From Clostridia bacterium (GTDB taxonomy: Bacteria; Bacillota; Clostridia; JAAYHZ01), in contig JBMNIH010000006.1 of assembly GCA_050950825.1 (NCBI GenBank), positions 192,001 through 256,000 on the forward strand: DNA of 64,000 nt, read 5' to 3'. This document shows positions 28,351 through 38,321 of the stretch, piece by piece. A program made the position numbers and the translations under genes. The notes under the pieces were generated by a model that was given only the letters and a program-made list of their open reading frames with translations, searched no databases and was not told the DNA's origin. Positions within the stretch are counted from its first letter, which is position 1. Every line of letters begins with the position of its first letter.

Positions 28351-29262
28351 TTACAGCCACCGACCTATTTCCCTTCTCATAAAAGTTTTCTTTAAGAATA
28401 TATAAAGAGAAAGCCAACATAACAGGATGATATATCCGCAGACGGCGTATACGGGATTTAAAATCATAGCCGCTACGGCAATCACGGGATACAATATAAG
28501 TCTTGTAAAGAACTTCAGAACATCGCTTTTTGCGATTACCTTCGCCACGCTTTCACCGTTGTCGTAATAGAATCTTATAAAAGATCGGCCTAACTCGAAC
28601 CGGCTTAAGAATTCATCACGAAATCTTCGCAACAGCATAACCCCGGGTTCTTGGTAGCTGCCATAAGAAGCGGTGGCAACCACGCAGAATGTGGAGTAAT
28701 CCAACTGCGGTATCTCGGTAATGACAGATACGCTTCGGTATTCTAAAGCGGGACCTTTCTCCGCTCCCTCTATAACCATATTCTTACCTAGGTTTCGAAG
28801 ATCAACACCATTGGTTAAGCTGTAATTAGCCGAAGCGCCGGATACCTCAAACTGCAGTAAACGATTCATGACATTTCCCTTCGAATCGGTACCGCGGCGA
28901 AATTCGATCGTTAAGTCGGCTTCGTTGTTTAAAACGGCCGTTATCGCTTTTCCGTTGTCGTCTACATAGCGTATGTAAATATCGTTATCCTCACCCCAGA
29001 TATATATATTTTCGTCATTGAATTTAGTGGGCGGTGCAGTTAGTATTTCACACTTGTAGATGGTTTTCACTTGGTTTTTCAGATATCGCGACACCCCTCG
29101 AACCTCGTTTTGCACAATCCATCGCTGCTCGTAATTGGTAAACGAATTGTGGGCATAAAAGTACAAGGTATATCCGATACCCAAAACAATTAACAAGAGG
29201 GCAATAACGATAAGAAGCTCGATCAACGTGATTCCTTTTTTATTCATAAATTTCGTTTTCAT
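28351..29262 (-). CDS. Minor type IV pilin (PilW-like) with C-terminal CFI-box-CTERM-like domain
   Basis: KKG|ITLIELLI class III signal; C-terminus CVVATASYG...LLRRFRDEFL...GRSFIRFYY...GESVA plus a hydrophobic tail. Confidence 0.85.
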   Translation of the reverse strand: MKTKFMNKKGITLIELLIVIALLLIVLGIGYTLYFYAHNSFTNYEQRWIVQNEVRGVSRYLKNQVKTIYKCEILTAPPTKFNDENIYIWGEDNDIYIRYVDDNGKAITAVLNNEADLTIEFRRGTDSKGNVMNRLLQFEVSGASANYSLTNGVDLRNLGKNMVIEGAEKGPALEYRSVSVITEIPQLDYSTFCVVATASYGSYQEPGVMLLRRFRDEFLSRFELGRSFIRFYYDNGESVAKVIAKSDVLKFFTRLILYPVIAVAAMILNPVYAVCGYIILLCWLSLYIFLKKTFMRREIGRWL

Positions 29263-29266
29263 AATA

Positions 29267-30868
29267 TCACCAAGTAGAGACGGTGTTCAACGTTCCGCCG
29301 CCTTTATTAATTACTTGCCAATTGGAAATTCCGGATTGAGAATACAGGATTCTTCCTCCGGTTGTTACTGCAAAGAAATATCCGTTAAACCAATCAATAT
29401 CATTTATCGGAGCCGATACCCCCGTATTGTATTCGTCCCAACTCAAAGTGAAAATCCACCAATTGTTTTCTCTTAGACCGGCCGAATATCGAATCCTTCC
29501 GTTGGACTGCCCAATAAGAAAATAGGAATCGTCCCATCCCACAGATACAAATTCAAAAGTTTTTGAGAACGTTTCTGTTACGACTTCAATATCGCTCCAA
29601 GTTACACCTGTATCGGTATACATGAGGTATGAAGTATATTGATCAAAATATATTAAATATGTTCCTTTTCTTGGCTTTCCAACGGCAATAAACTTGTTAT
29701 ATTTAAAAGTAATGTCCGTTAAATCATTACCACCGTTGATTGTCGGACCGACTGTCCAACTCAAACCGTCCGGCGACCGAAGCGTGACGCCGCCTTGCCC
29801 GATTACTACGAATGTATTGTTGCCGTAGGCAATTCCTGTTAAATTCTTGGTGGTACCGGATGAAACGGACAACCAGTTCTTGCCGTCATTCGACCTTAAG
29901 ATTTGTCCACCGTCGCCTACGGCAATATAAACAGATTGCTCTTCGCTGTATATAATATCTCGTATGGTATTTGTCTTATCCTGAGGGGTTACGGCTTTTT
30001 GCCAATTGGTATCGTTTGTTCTGTAGTAAATAACTCCGTTCTGACCTCCTACAACATACATGCCCTTTCTGTATTCGGAAGCATAGATTTGATTGCTGAT
30101 ACTCGGGAACTTCGTATCCGATATCCAATAACCGGGTTCGCAAGAGACAAAAACTCTTCCGCTGTCACCGGCGGCTAAGTAAAAAGGTAATCCTATGGTT
30201 ATTTGGGTATACAATACCTCGTCTTGCCTGCTTCCGTCCGGCAATTGAAACACGTTCGGGGTAATTATCTCAATGGTATAAGGAGATCCGGATGCGGTCA
30301 AAACGCCGCTTCCCGTGGTACGCAACCCGATATAGGCTTCGTAAGAATTTATTACATCGGCAAATACGCCTGCGCCTTCGACACTCATGCCGTTTTTATC
30401 CCTTATTCTGTATTGGGTCGACATATTTTGAAAATGTGTATCACTGCCTCTGATTAAAATATAGCGCATATCCCCCGAATAATTGCCGTTTTTATCTTTC
30501 GGTCCGTATCCTTCGCTTAGCGCAAAGGGACCGTTGGATATGTAGGAATCATAAGCAACAAAGGTAGAGTATTCTCCTTCCTCGATCATCCAACCGCGAA
30601 TAGGAGGTCGCTCGGTATCTTCGCTTAAATATTTCACGGGAACAAGACGAGTGTCCGGTGATATCCTGTTTTCGGCTAAACCTTGTTCCAATCGATAAGC
30701 ATTTTCCATTGCTCTCTCATTTAATTGCCCGGCCTCTACCAGCATAGAGAGTTGTTGAGCGAAATAAGGTGCAAAAATGGCAATAAGTAGCGCCAACAGT
30801 CCAAGCGCTACTATCATTTCCGTGAGAGTCATTCCTCGTTTATCTAAAATTGTTAGTTTTCGCTTCAT
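29267..30868 (-). CDS. Large minor pilin with C-terminal BNR/Ycf48-like beta-propeller (putative adhesin)
   Basis: KRG|MTLTEMI signal; repeats AVGDGGQILRSNDGKNW, IGQGGVTLRSPDGLSW, TDTGVTW, GGRILYSQSGISNW. Confidence 0.82.
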   Translation of the reverse strand: MKRKLTILDKRGMTLTEMIVALGLLALLIAIFAPYFAQQLSMLVEAGQLNERAMENAYRLEQGLAENRISPDTRLVPVKYLSEDTERPPIRGWMIEEGEYSTFVAYDSYISNGPFALSEGYGPKDKNGNYSGDMRYILIRGSDTHFQNMSTQYRIRDKNGMSVEGAGVFADVINSYEAYIGLRTTGSGVLTASGSPYTIEIITPNVFQLPDGSRQDEVLYTQITIGLPFYLAAGDSGRVFVSCEPGYWISDTKFPSISNQIYASEYRKGMYVVGGQNGVIYYRTNDTNWQKAVTPQDKTNTIRDIIYSEEQSVYIAVGDGGQILRSNDGKNWLSVSSGTTKNLTGIAYGNNTFVVIGQGGVTLRSPDGLSWTVGPTINGGNDLTDITFKYNKFIAVGKPRKGTYLIYFDQYTSYLMYTDTGVTWSDIEVVTETFSKTFEFVSVGWDDSYFLIGQSNGRIRYSAGLRENNWWIFTLSWDEYNTGVSAPINDIDWFNGYFFAVTTGGRILYSQSGISNWQVINKGGGTLNTVSTW

Positions 30869-30881
30869 GAAAGCCACCCCT

Positions 30882-32000
30882 TTATTCTTCCAGTATAAAG
30901 GTCAAGTAATCGTCTACAACCGGCAGCACCAAATCGTTTGTATCGGTGATCCTGAAGAAGTAGTCCGTATCCGTACGCACATCGGCCAACCATGCCGTCA
31001 AATCAAAGGCATCTTCCGGTGTATCGCCCTTTCGAATGTAATATGCAGATCCCGGGGGTATATAACGGTCGGTAGGTAACAATCCTCGCCAATCTACCAT
31101 GTGTACACCGCCTACAAAGTATACTTTCATATAAACTCCGGGTTTTCCGGGAAGCGTGATTCCAAGATCGTCCGGTACTTGAAAAACGACCGTTCCATAA
31201 GCGGAATTGCCTATTCTTATATTCAATTCCTGTTTGAACACGACCACTTCCGCACCTATTAAAAGGCCCATTTCATCGTCGAATCGGTCCACATCCACCG
31301 TTTTATGAAAAACAATCATATTCCCGGCAATACCAACGAACTCGTCGTTATTCAAATAAAATGTATTATTGTCGGTTTTCATTTCGATGATACCGGCGGG
31401 ATCAAAATAACGGACCGTAATATTCCTCGTTGTCGAACCTCTTCTCACTTGTTGAGTAGTAACATTCGGTGCCAAAGAGTAATTAAAATGACCGGTTTCA
31501 TAATCATAAAACGGTACGGGCGCTTCATGACCTAGAATATAGGGCGCGGATGCCATGGAAACTCGTCGGGTTACACCGTTGCACGTGGCAAATGCTACAA
31601 ATCGAGTGCATCCGTATGCCGGGTCCGTTTTGTCATTGATTCTTTCTACCGTTACATCCACATATCCTATCGTTTCGTTGTTTTTTTTGTCCTCCGTAAA
31701 CTTCGTCCATTCGCTTTCCAGAACGAATGCTCCGTCCTCCATGTAATAAACTCTTTCCAAAGGGCCGTAAGGTTTGTTGTCGAAAGTGCTTTGCTTCCAA
31801 CTGTTTATTACGGCATCCAAATAAGATTTGGCCAAATATTCCGCTCTTTCGCCGTTTCGAATATTTTGTACTTGTATAACTTCCGCACTTGTATAGTTGT
31901 AAACGGCAGCCGCAAATAAGGGTACCACGGCTATTAACAAAAGCACCAGCGGCATCGCCCAACCTCTTTTATTCATCATGGCTTTTGTTAATCGGAGCAT
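30882..32000 (-). CDS. PilX/GspK-like minor pilin
   Basis: KRG|WAMPLVLLL lacking Glu5, then RAEYLAKS, typical of PilX/GspK N-termini. Confidence 0.75.
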   Translation of the reverse strand: MLRLTKAMMNKRGWAMPLVLLLIAVVPLFAAAVYNYTSAEVIQVQNIRNGERAEYLAKSYLDAVINSWKQSTFDNKPYGPLERVYYMEDGAFVLESEWTKFTEDKKNNETIGYVDVTVERINDKTDPAYGCTRFVAFATCNGVTRRVSMASAPYILGHEAPVPFYDYETGHFNYSLAPNVTTQQVRRGSTTRNITVRYFDPAGIIEMKTDNNTFYLNNDEFVGIAGNMIVFHKTVDVDRFDDEMGLLIGAEVVVFKQELNIRIGNSAYGTVVFQVPDDLGITLPGKPGVYMKVYFVGGVHMVDWRGLLPTDRYIPPGSAYYIRKGDTPEDAFDLTAWLADVRTDTDYFFRITDTNDLVLPVVDDYLTFILEE

Positions 32001-32033
32001 GTTTACAACCCCCTCTCTTATCTCGGGCTATCT

Positions 32034-33752
32034 TTAGACGATAACCCGGAAAAATTCTTCGATGGATGTGATTCCTTCCTTGACTTTATCAAGACCGTCC
32101 ATTCGTAATGTAACCATTCCCTCTTTTTTCGCTTCTTCTTCAATCAAAGTTGCATTGGCATCGGAAAGTATCAGCTTTCGAATGGAATCCGAAATATGTA
32201 AGTATTCATAAATCCCCACACGCCCTTTATATCCGGTATTGTTGCAGTGGAGGCATCCCTTCGGTTTATACAAAGTAATTTTCTTAACACCTTCATCCGC
32301 GGGAAAGTCCGGTATTTTTCTTAAAAGCTCGTCGACCGGCATTTCGTAAGCTTCTTTGCACTCCAGACACAATCTTCTTGCCAGTCTTTGGGCAATAACA
32401 CCCGATAATGCTGACGCGGTTAAATAAGGTTCAACTCCCATTTCGCTTAAGCGAGTTACCGCCGACGAGGAATCGTTGGTGTGCAACGTGGAAAGTACCA
32501 AGTGCCCTGTCAAAGCCGATTCCACCGCGATTTTAGCTGTCTCCTTGTCACGGATCTCCCCGACCATGATAATATCCGGGTCGCTCCTTAATATGGACCG
32601 CAAACCCCTAGCAAAGGTCAAACCGGCACGCTCGTTAATTTGTATTTGATTAACGCCATCCAGTCTTCGCTCGATGGGGTCTTCCAAAGTAATGATGTTT
32701 TTGTCGACACTGTTCAATTGCTGCAGGGTAGCATAAAGCGTCGTACTCTTTCCGCTTCCCGTAGGTCCCGTTATCAATATGAATCCGTAAGGATACCGAA
32801 TCACTTTTTGATATCCTTCATATTGCTTTTTTGGAAATCCTAACTCTTCTAACGTAATAATCCTTGCGCTTCTTTCCATCAGACGCATGGTAATTTTTTC
32901 GCCGTATGGAGTGGGAAGAGTGGCTACACGTATGTCCACAACCTTTCCTTCATAACTTTTGGATATTCTGCCGTCTTGCGGTATTCTGCGTTCGGCGATA
33001 TCCAACCCGGCCATTACCTTGATTCTCGAAATCAAAGCGTTTTTGATGGAGTTCGGCTGCGTCATGATTTCATGAAGAACACCGTCAATACGATAACGCA
33101 CTTTTACTCTCTTTTCCATCGGTTCAATGTGAATATCGCTGGCACCTACTCGGATACCGTAGTTCAATATTTGGTTGGCCAATTGAACCGCCGGACGCTC
33201 TTGCGCATCGGATATGAGCTTTTCCGTTTGTTCCTGTTCCAATTGTTGTTGAGGTTCTTCTTCGCTACCGGCTACGGCTTCTATATGGGTACTCATATTA
33301 TCGAATTGTGCGATTACTGCACTCAACTCTTTTTCATTCACTTCAACAGGTTCGATTTCGTATCCGGTTATAATCTTCAAGTCGTCTATGGCAATAATAT
33401 CGTTCGGAGATTGCATTGCCACAATCAATCTCTTGTTATCGTTCGAAAATCCTATGGGTAAAGCTTTGTATCGCTTTGCCACTTCGGGAGATATTAAATT
33501 GGAAGCCGAAAAATCAATAGAATACTCATTCAAACTAACGGTTTTGACACCGTCTCTTTTGCTCAATACGCCGGATACATCCCATTCGGTGCAGAAACCA
33601 AGATCCACTAAAATGGCACCCAGTTTTTTAACTATGCCTTGGCGCTGCAATTCCATTTGCTTCTCAATGGCAATTTCCAATTGCTCCCTATTGATAATTC
33701 CCTTGTCGATTAATTGCTCACCTATGTATTTTTTAACCAGATTGTCAGCCAA
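32034..33752 (-). CDS. pilB: Type IV pilus extension ATPase (GspE/PilB) with MshEN-like N-terminus
   Basis: IGEQLIDKGII...KLGAILVDLG, ASDIHIEP, GPTGSGKSTT, PDIIMVGEIRD, CxxC...CxxC. Confidence 0.95.
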   Translation of the reverse strand: MADNLVKKYIGEQLIDKGIINREQLEIAIEKQMELQRQGIVKKLGAILVDLGFCTEWDVSGVLSKRDGVKTVSLNEYSIDFSASNLISPEVAKRYKALPIGFSNDNKRLIVAMQSPNDIIAIDDLKIITGYEIEPVEVNEKELSAVIAQFDNMSTHIEAVAGSEEEPQQQLEQEQTEKLISDAQERPAVQLANQILNYGIRVGASDIHIEPMEKRVKVRYRIDGVLHEIMTQPNSIKNALISRIKVMAGLDIAERRIPQDGRISKSYEGKVVDIRVATLPTPYGEKITMRLMERSARIITLEELGFPKKQYEGYQKVIRYPYGFILITGPTGSGKSTTLYATLQQLNSVDKNIITLEDPIERRLDGVNQIQINERAGLTFARGLRSILRSDPDIIMVGEIRDKETAKIAVESALTGHLVLSTLHTNDSSSAVTRLSEMGVEPYLTASALSGVIAQRLARRLCLECKEAYEMPVDELLRKIPDFPADEGVKKITLYKPKGCLHCNNTGYKGRVGIYEYLHISDSIRKLILSDANATLIEEEAKKEGMVTLRMDGLDKVKEGITSIEEFFRVIV

Positions 33753-33788
33753 TTTACACCAACTTCATTCGTTATTTATTTTTATTCT

Positions 33789-34367
33789 TTAACCGTTTGT
33801 TTTGTTAAAGAAAGTCCCTCCGATTATTTCGACCGTTATTTGCGTACCATCCGGAGTAGAATCCCTTTTTATCACATTGATTTTTTCGATAACATACAGG
33901 CGTTCAGTCACCGATAAATCATCAAGTATATTAATCAAACCTGCATAGTCACAGGTTAGTGATAACGTAAATGGTATGCGATAAATCTCCTTACTGAATC
34001 CACTCATTTTAACATAGTTATCAAATCGAATTTGCGACATGGTACCGCCGTGCTCGGTTATGATGCCCGTGATCAAATCTACGATCCCCGTTTCTTCGCT
34101 TTCTTTAGGTATGTATTTGTCGCTAATCGCATGAGCATATTCCAAGATAGCTTTATCCGCTTTCAAACCTTCTAAAAAGATTAATTGATTCTTGTTACTT
34201 AATAACATGTCTTCTTTTATTTGCAGCTCCGCTTCTACGGCCTTTTTCTTCGTAATGGTCTTCCCGATCATCACGGAAGAAAACAGAATAATTGCCGTGG
34301 ATACTACAATGATAACAATATCAAAAATTTGGTGTAGACTGATTCTTTTTCTTTTTCCGTTATCCAT
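33789..34367 (-). CDS. pilO: Type IV pilus alignment protein PilO
   Basis: TM, coiled coil, IPKES, then IPFTLSLTCDYAGLINILDDL; follows pilN. Confidence 0.78.
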   Translation of the reverse strand: MDNGKRKRISLHQIFDIVIIVVSTAIILFSSVMIGKTITKKKAVEAELQIKEDMLLSNKNQLIFLEGLKADKAILEYAHAISDKYIPKESEETGIVDLITGIITEHGGTMSQIRFDNYVKMSGFSKEIYRIPFTLSLTCDYAGLINILDDLSVTERLYVIEKINVIKRDSTPDGTQITVEIIGGTFFNKTNG

Positions 34368-34369
34368 CT

Positions 34370-34933
34370 TTATTCACCTTCCTTTAGCGGAACTTCCAAA
34401 GTGAACCGATAAGACTTTGCTCCCGAGCCGTCTGTCGTCTCTTGAAGCATTTTGCAATAGACTTCACGGACATATTCGCTTTCTTTCATCCGGCTCATCC
34501 AAATGGCCAGACTCTCTTGTTTCGTAGAAGTACCTTCAATAATGGCTTTCCTATCAGACTCAGAGCCGGTTAAATCTGTATTAATTCTTAGAATAAGGAT
34601 ACCGCCGGGTGCATTGCTGCACAGTTCATAAATAACCTTATTTGCAGGCAGTATCCCTTCCGTTAACTTTTTGAAATCGTTTATATTTTGGTTTATTTGG
34701 TTATATTGATTCAGAAGCGATTTTAACTCCGCGATTTGCGAACTCACTTCAAGATTATCACTATCCATAGCCTCAAGCTCCGTAATCGGTACCGGCATCA
34801 ATAATCCCATTGCACCGTACGCAAACATTGCAATTACGGCAACAATCAATAAGATGACGGCAGCTAACGTTAGTCTTTTGGACAAAACAATGTCCTTTTT
34901 TATATAATCGGGCAGTAAACTAATGTTTCTCAA
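34370..34933 (-). CDS. pilN: Type IV pilus alignment protein PilN
   Basis: N-terminal NISLLP (INLLP motif), TM, coiled coil, IEG. Confidence 0.85.
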   Translation of the reverse strand: MRNISLLPDYIKKDIVLSKRLTLAAVILLIVAVIAMFAYGAMGLLMPVPITELEAMDSDNLEVSSQIAELKSLLNQYNQINQNINDFKKLTEGILPANKVIYELCSNAPGGILILRINTDLTGSESDRKAIIEGTSTKQESLAIWMSRMKESEYVREVYCKMLQETTDGSGAKSYRFTLEVPLKEGE

Positions 34934-35895
34934 AAGGTTCCCTCCAATCCCCGAATAGCTAAGCCGGCGGCAACCCCGTATTCTCCGGGTATTTGTATAT
35001 CCGCCGTCTTGTTTTTCTTGTCTGATAATATTTCAAAAGGATTGACCGGAATGAGACGAATTCCCGCATCGTCGTTCATGGCTTGCAGGAATCGTTCATT
35101 TCGACACAAGAGTCCGGTCATGTAGATGTTGCCTATGTTCGTATCCGGATAATTTTCCTTAAAATAATTGACGGAAGCGATGATATCGCCGGATATGGAA
35201 CTCGTCAATGACGATAGATCATGGTTTGGGTCCGTACCGGATACATGTTCATCCGTTATTTTCACGCTCATGTTTCGTACAAAAACCGGTTTTCCGTAAG
35301 AAGTAATAACAAGCACCGAAATATCTTTGCAAAGATTGATGGATATATTGGTTCCGGATAGCTGTTCCTCTGTGAGGATCTTCGATAGAGCCAGCGCCGA
35401 TATGTCAATGTCCACAACTCTTAAACCGGCATCTTGGATCGCATCAATATGCTGTTGTATCATGTTTTTTCCTCCGGCTACCAGCATCACTTTTATGACG
35501 TCAGGCCTTCCCGCTACATTGTCGTCAATGACCAAATAGTCCAACTCTACCGTCGAGAGCGGCACAGGTAGATGATCCTGAGCCTGAAAGAGGATGCTTC
35601 TGTCCACATGTTCCGGATTTGTTTTTGGCATATTGGCAACTCTTACTAAAACATATTGGTTGTTTAGGCCTAATAGAACATCCTTCGTATTTATACCCGC
35701 TTCTTTCCATAGTTTCTTTAATGAATTGGAAACTTCGTCGGGTTTTTTGATAAAGCCGTCTTTGACGGCACCTTCAGGTAAATCTATAGATCCGACATTT
35801 AATAACCTTGGCTTCGGTGAACCTTGTGCCAATTCTACTACTCTGATCTTATCAGGGCTAATTTCCAAACCGGCTATCTTTTTTTGAAAAATCAT
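34930..35895 (-). CDS. pilM: Type IV pilus assembly protein PilM (actin-like)
   Basis: AGLEISPDKIRVVEL, LPEGAVKDG, HLPVPL, AAGLAIRG. Confidence 0.9.
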   Translation of the reverse strand: MIFQKKIAGLEISPDKIRVVELAQGSPKPRLLNVGSIDLPEGAVKDGFIKKPDEVSNSLKKLWKEAGINTKDVLLGLNNQYVLVRVANMPKTNPEHVDRSILFQAQDHLPVPLSTVELDYLVIDDNVAGRPDVIKVMLVAGGKNMIQQHIDAIQDAGLRVVDIDISALALSKILTEEQLSGTNISINLCKDISVLVITSYGKPVFVRNMSVKITDEHVSGTDPNHDLSSLTSSISGDIIASVNYFKENYPDTNIGNIYMTGLLCRNERFLQAMNDDAGIRLIPVNPFEILSDKKNKTADIQIPGEYGVAAGLAIRGLEGTF

Positions 35896-35943
35896 ATGCA
35901 AAACCTCACAATCAAACAATACCTGACTTGACATTAAACTTCT

Positions 35944-37146
35944 TTACGATGAGGTAACAGCGGTAAATATTGGTAAGTAAAGGGAAAGAAGCATACCGCC
36001 TACAACCAATCCGACAATAATCAACATTAAAGGCTCAATAATGGCAGATAAACCTTTCGTCATCGTTGCTACTTCCGTTTCATAGAATTCCGCAATTCTG
36101 TCCAATAATTCCGGAAGTCTTCCCGATTCCTCTCCAACTTTAATCATGTGAACCACCATCGGCGGGAAAACACCGGTTGCTTCTAATTCTGTCGCAATAC
36201 TACCTCCTTCTTCTATTCTTTTTGCAGCATGTATTACGGCATCTTCCAATATGTAGCTTCCGGATGTAGGACCTGCGGTTAGAATCGCTTGCACAACAGG
36301 AATTCCTCCTGCCATTAGTGTTGCAAGTGTACGGCAAAATCTTGCTACCACCGCCTTTTCTTGTAACGGACCAAACCCCGGGATTTTAAACTTCAATTTC
36401 TCAAGCGCTCGTCTTACGGCATCCTTGCTCTTAAACACATTAAACAATATAACGAGAGCTATAATAGCCAGAATGAATAGGTACCATTTGCTTCGCCATA
36501 CATCTGAGAAATTAAATAATACTTGCGTTATACCCGGAATTTTCGTACCGGGAGGAATCATTCCTTTAAACATGGGAATTAAAAACGTTATCATAGCAAT
36601 TAAAACAAGTAAAGCGAAACTTAATACCATCTTGGGATAAAAAGTGGCGGCTTTCACGGAGTCTTTTAAAGCCTTTTCCTTTTCCATTTGATCCGCCAGC
36701 CTTGTCAAAGAGGTATCAAGCATACCTCCCAATTCACCGGCTTCGATCATGCTGACATACAACTTGGAAAATATTTTGGGATACGCTCTGAATGCTTCCG
36801 TCAAAGACATCCCGCTTTCCACTTCTCGCACGATGTTACTCAACGCCTTGACCAAGGACGGGTTACCTCCCTGAGATGCTAAGGTGTTGAGCGCTCTCGT
36901 TACCGGGATACCGGAAGACAGCATGGAAGCCAGTTGTCTTGACAAGACGCCTAATTCTCCTTCCTTTACCTTTTTCTCATTGGAAAGAAAATCATCTAAA
37001 AACCCGCTTCTCGCCGGTTTGATATCCACGACGGTTAACTGCATCCTTTTCAGTTTTTCCACCGCTTCAAAATCATTCTCGGCATTAAGTCGGCCGGTTA
37101 TCGTTTCGCCTATTTTGTTAATACATTCATAATTATAAATAGGCAT
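35944..37146 (-). CDS. pilC: Type IV pilus platform protein PilC (GspF family)
   Basis: RQLASMLSSGIP, AGELGGML, GEESGRL, IEPLMLI. Confidence 0.95.
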   Translation of the reverse strand: MPIYNYECINKIGETITGRLNAENDFEAVEKLKRMQLTVVDIKPARSGFLDDFLSNEKKVKEGELGVLSRQLASMLSSGIPVTRALNTLASQGGNPSLVKALSNIVREVESGMSLTEAFRAYPKIFSKLYVSMIEAGELGGMLDTSLTRLADQMEKEKALKDSVKAATFYPKMVLSFALLVLIAMITFLIPMFKGMIPPGTKIPGITQVLFNFSDVWRSKWYLFILAIIALVILFNVFKSKDAVRRALEKLKFKIPGFGPLQEKAVVARFCRTLATLMAGGIPVVQAILTAGPTSGSYILEDAVIHAAKRIEEGGSIATELEATGVFPPMVVHMIKVGEESGRLPELLDRIAEFYETEVATMTKGLSAIIEPLMLIIVGLVVGGMLLSLYLPIFTAVTSS

Positions 37147-37164
37147 ATAGTCTCTCCTTCGCGA

Positions 37165-38286
37165 TTACCATTTATTATCATTTGAGTTTGGATTTGGATC
37201 TACAAAGTTACCGTATTTCATCATTCGATCGATTTCCGTTTTGTCGATACAGTGCTCGTATACAGTTTCTTTAGAAATTTCACCTTGGTTATACAGCTTC
37301 ATTAAAGCCATATCCATCGTCTGCATTCCTAAAGCGCCTCCCATTTGGATAGCGTTATACAATTGGTGTTCCTTGCCTTCTCTTATTAGAGATTTTATTG
37401 CCGGTGTATTTATCATAAACTCGATGGCAACACATCGACCGCCCGATTTTTTCTTCAATAATTGCTGAGATATGATACCTCGTAAACAATTGGCCAATTG
37501 CTGTCTAATTTGCTCTCTTCTTTCCGCACTGAATACGTCTATAATGCGGCTTATGGTCAAAGGTGCCGTCTGGGTATGGAGAGTGGAAAACACCAAATGA
37601 CCGGTCTCCGCAGCGGTTAATGCAATGGATATACTTTCCAAATCTCTCATCTCTCCGATTAATATAACATCAGGGTCATGTCTTAGCACATGCCGTAAGG
37701 CTTCGGCAAAGGAATGGGTATCGATACCCAACTCTCTTTGCCTAACCGTACTCAGTTTATGCCTATGCAAGAACTCGATAGGATCTTCTATGGTAATAAT
37801 ATTCGCTTTTCGTTCGCGATTGATAATATCAATCATGGACGCTAATGTGGTGGATTTGCCTGCCCCTGTCGGTCCGGTTACCAAAACCAATCCTCTGCTG
37901 AGAAAACACAGTTCCCTCAACTGTGGAAGCAATCCTAGTTGTTCGAAATCCGGAACAACAAAAGGAATGGCTCGGAAAACCATAGCGATGGAACCTCGCT
38001 GCTTCATCGCATTTCCTCTGAAACGTGCCAAACCCGGTATGGAGTATGAAAAATCCAGTTCCCATGTTTTCTCGAAGTGTTCGAATTCCTCTTGCGTAAC
38101 CACTTCCCGAAGCAAGTGAATCAGGTGGCCGGGTTTTAACTCCGGTAATTCTTCGATCCTTTCAATCTCACTGTTAATTCGAAGGCACGGTTTGGTTCCC
38201 GCTACCAAATGCAAATCGGAACTGCCGTATTCCATCATTAATTCGAACAACTCCACCATGGAAACTTCGTACTTTATTTCCATCAT
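37165..38286 (-). CDS. pilT: Type IV pilus retraction ATPase PilT
   Basis: SDLHL, GPTGAGKSTTL, EDPIEF, AAETGHLVFSTLHT, AIKSLIRE (AIRNLIRE motif). Confidence 0.95.
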   Translation of the reverse strand: MMEIKYEVSMVELFELMMEYGSSDLHLVAGTKPCLRINSEIERIEELPELKPGHLIHLLREVVTQEEFEHFEKTWELDFSYSIPGLARFRGNAMKQRGSIAMVFRAIPFVVPDFEQLGLLPQLRELCFLSRGLVLVTGPTGAGKSTTLASMIDIINRERKANIITIEDPIEFLHRHKLSTVRQRELGIDTHSFAEALRHVLRHDPDVILIGEMRDLESISIALTAAETGHLVFSTLHTQTAPLTISRIIDVFSAERREQIRQQLANCLRGIISQQLLKKKSGGRCVAIEFMINTPAIKSLIREGKEHQLYNAIQMGGALGMQTMDMALMKLYNQGEISKETVYEHCIDKTEIDRMMKYGNFVDPNPNSNDNKW

Positions 38287-38321
38287 ATCTGCTCCTTGTT
38301 TTTCTCATTTTGGTTACACCA

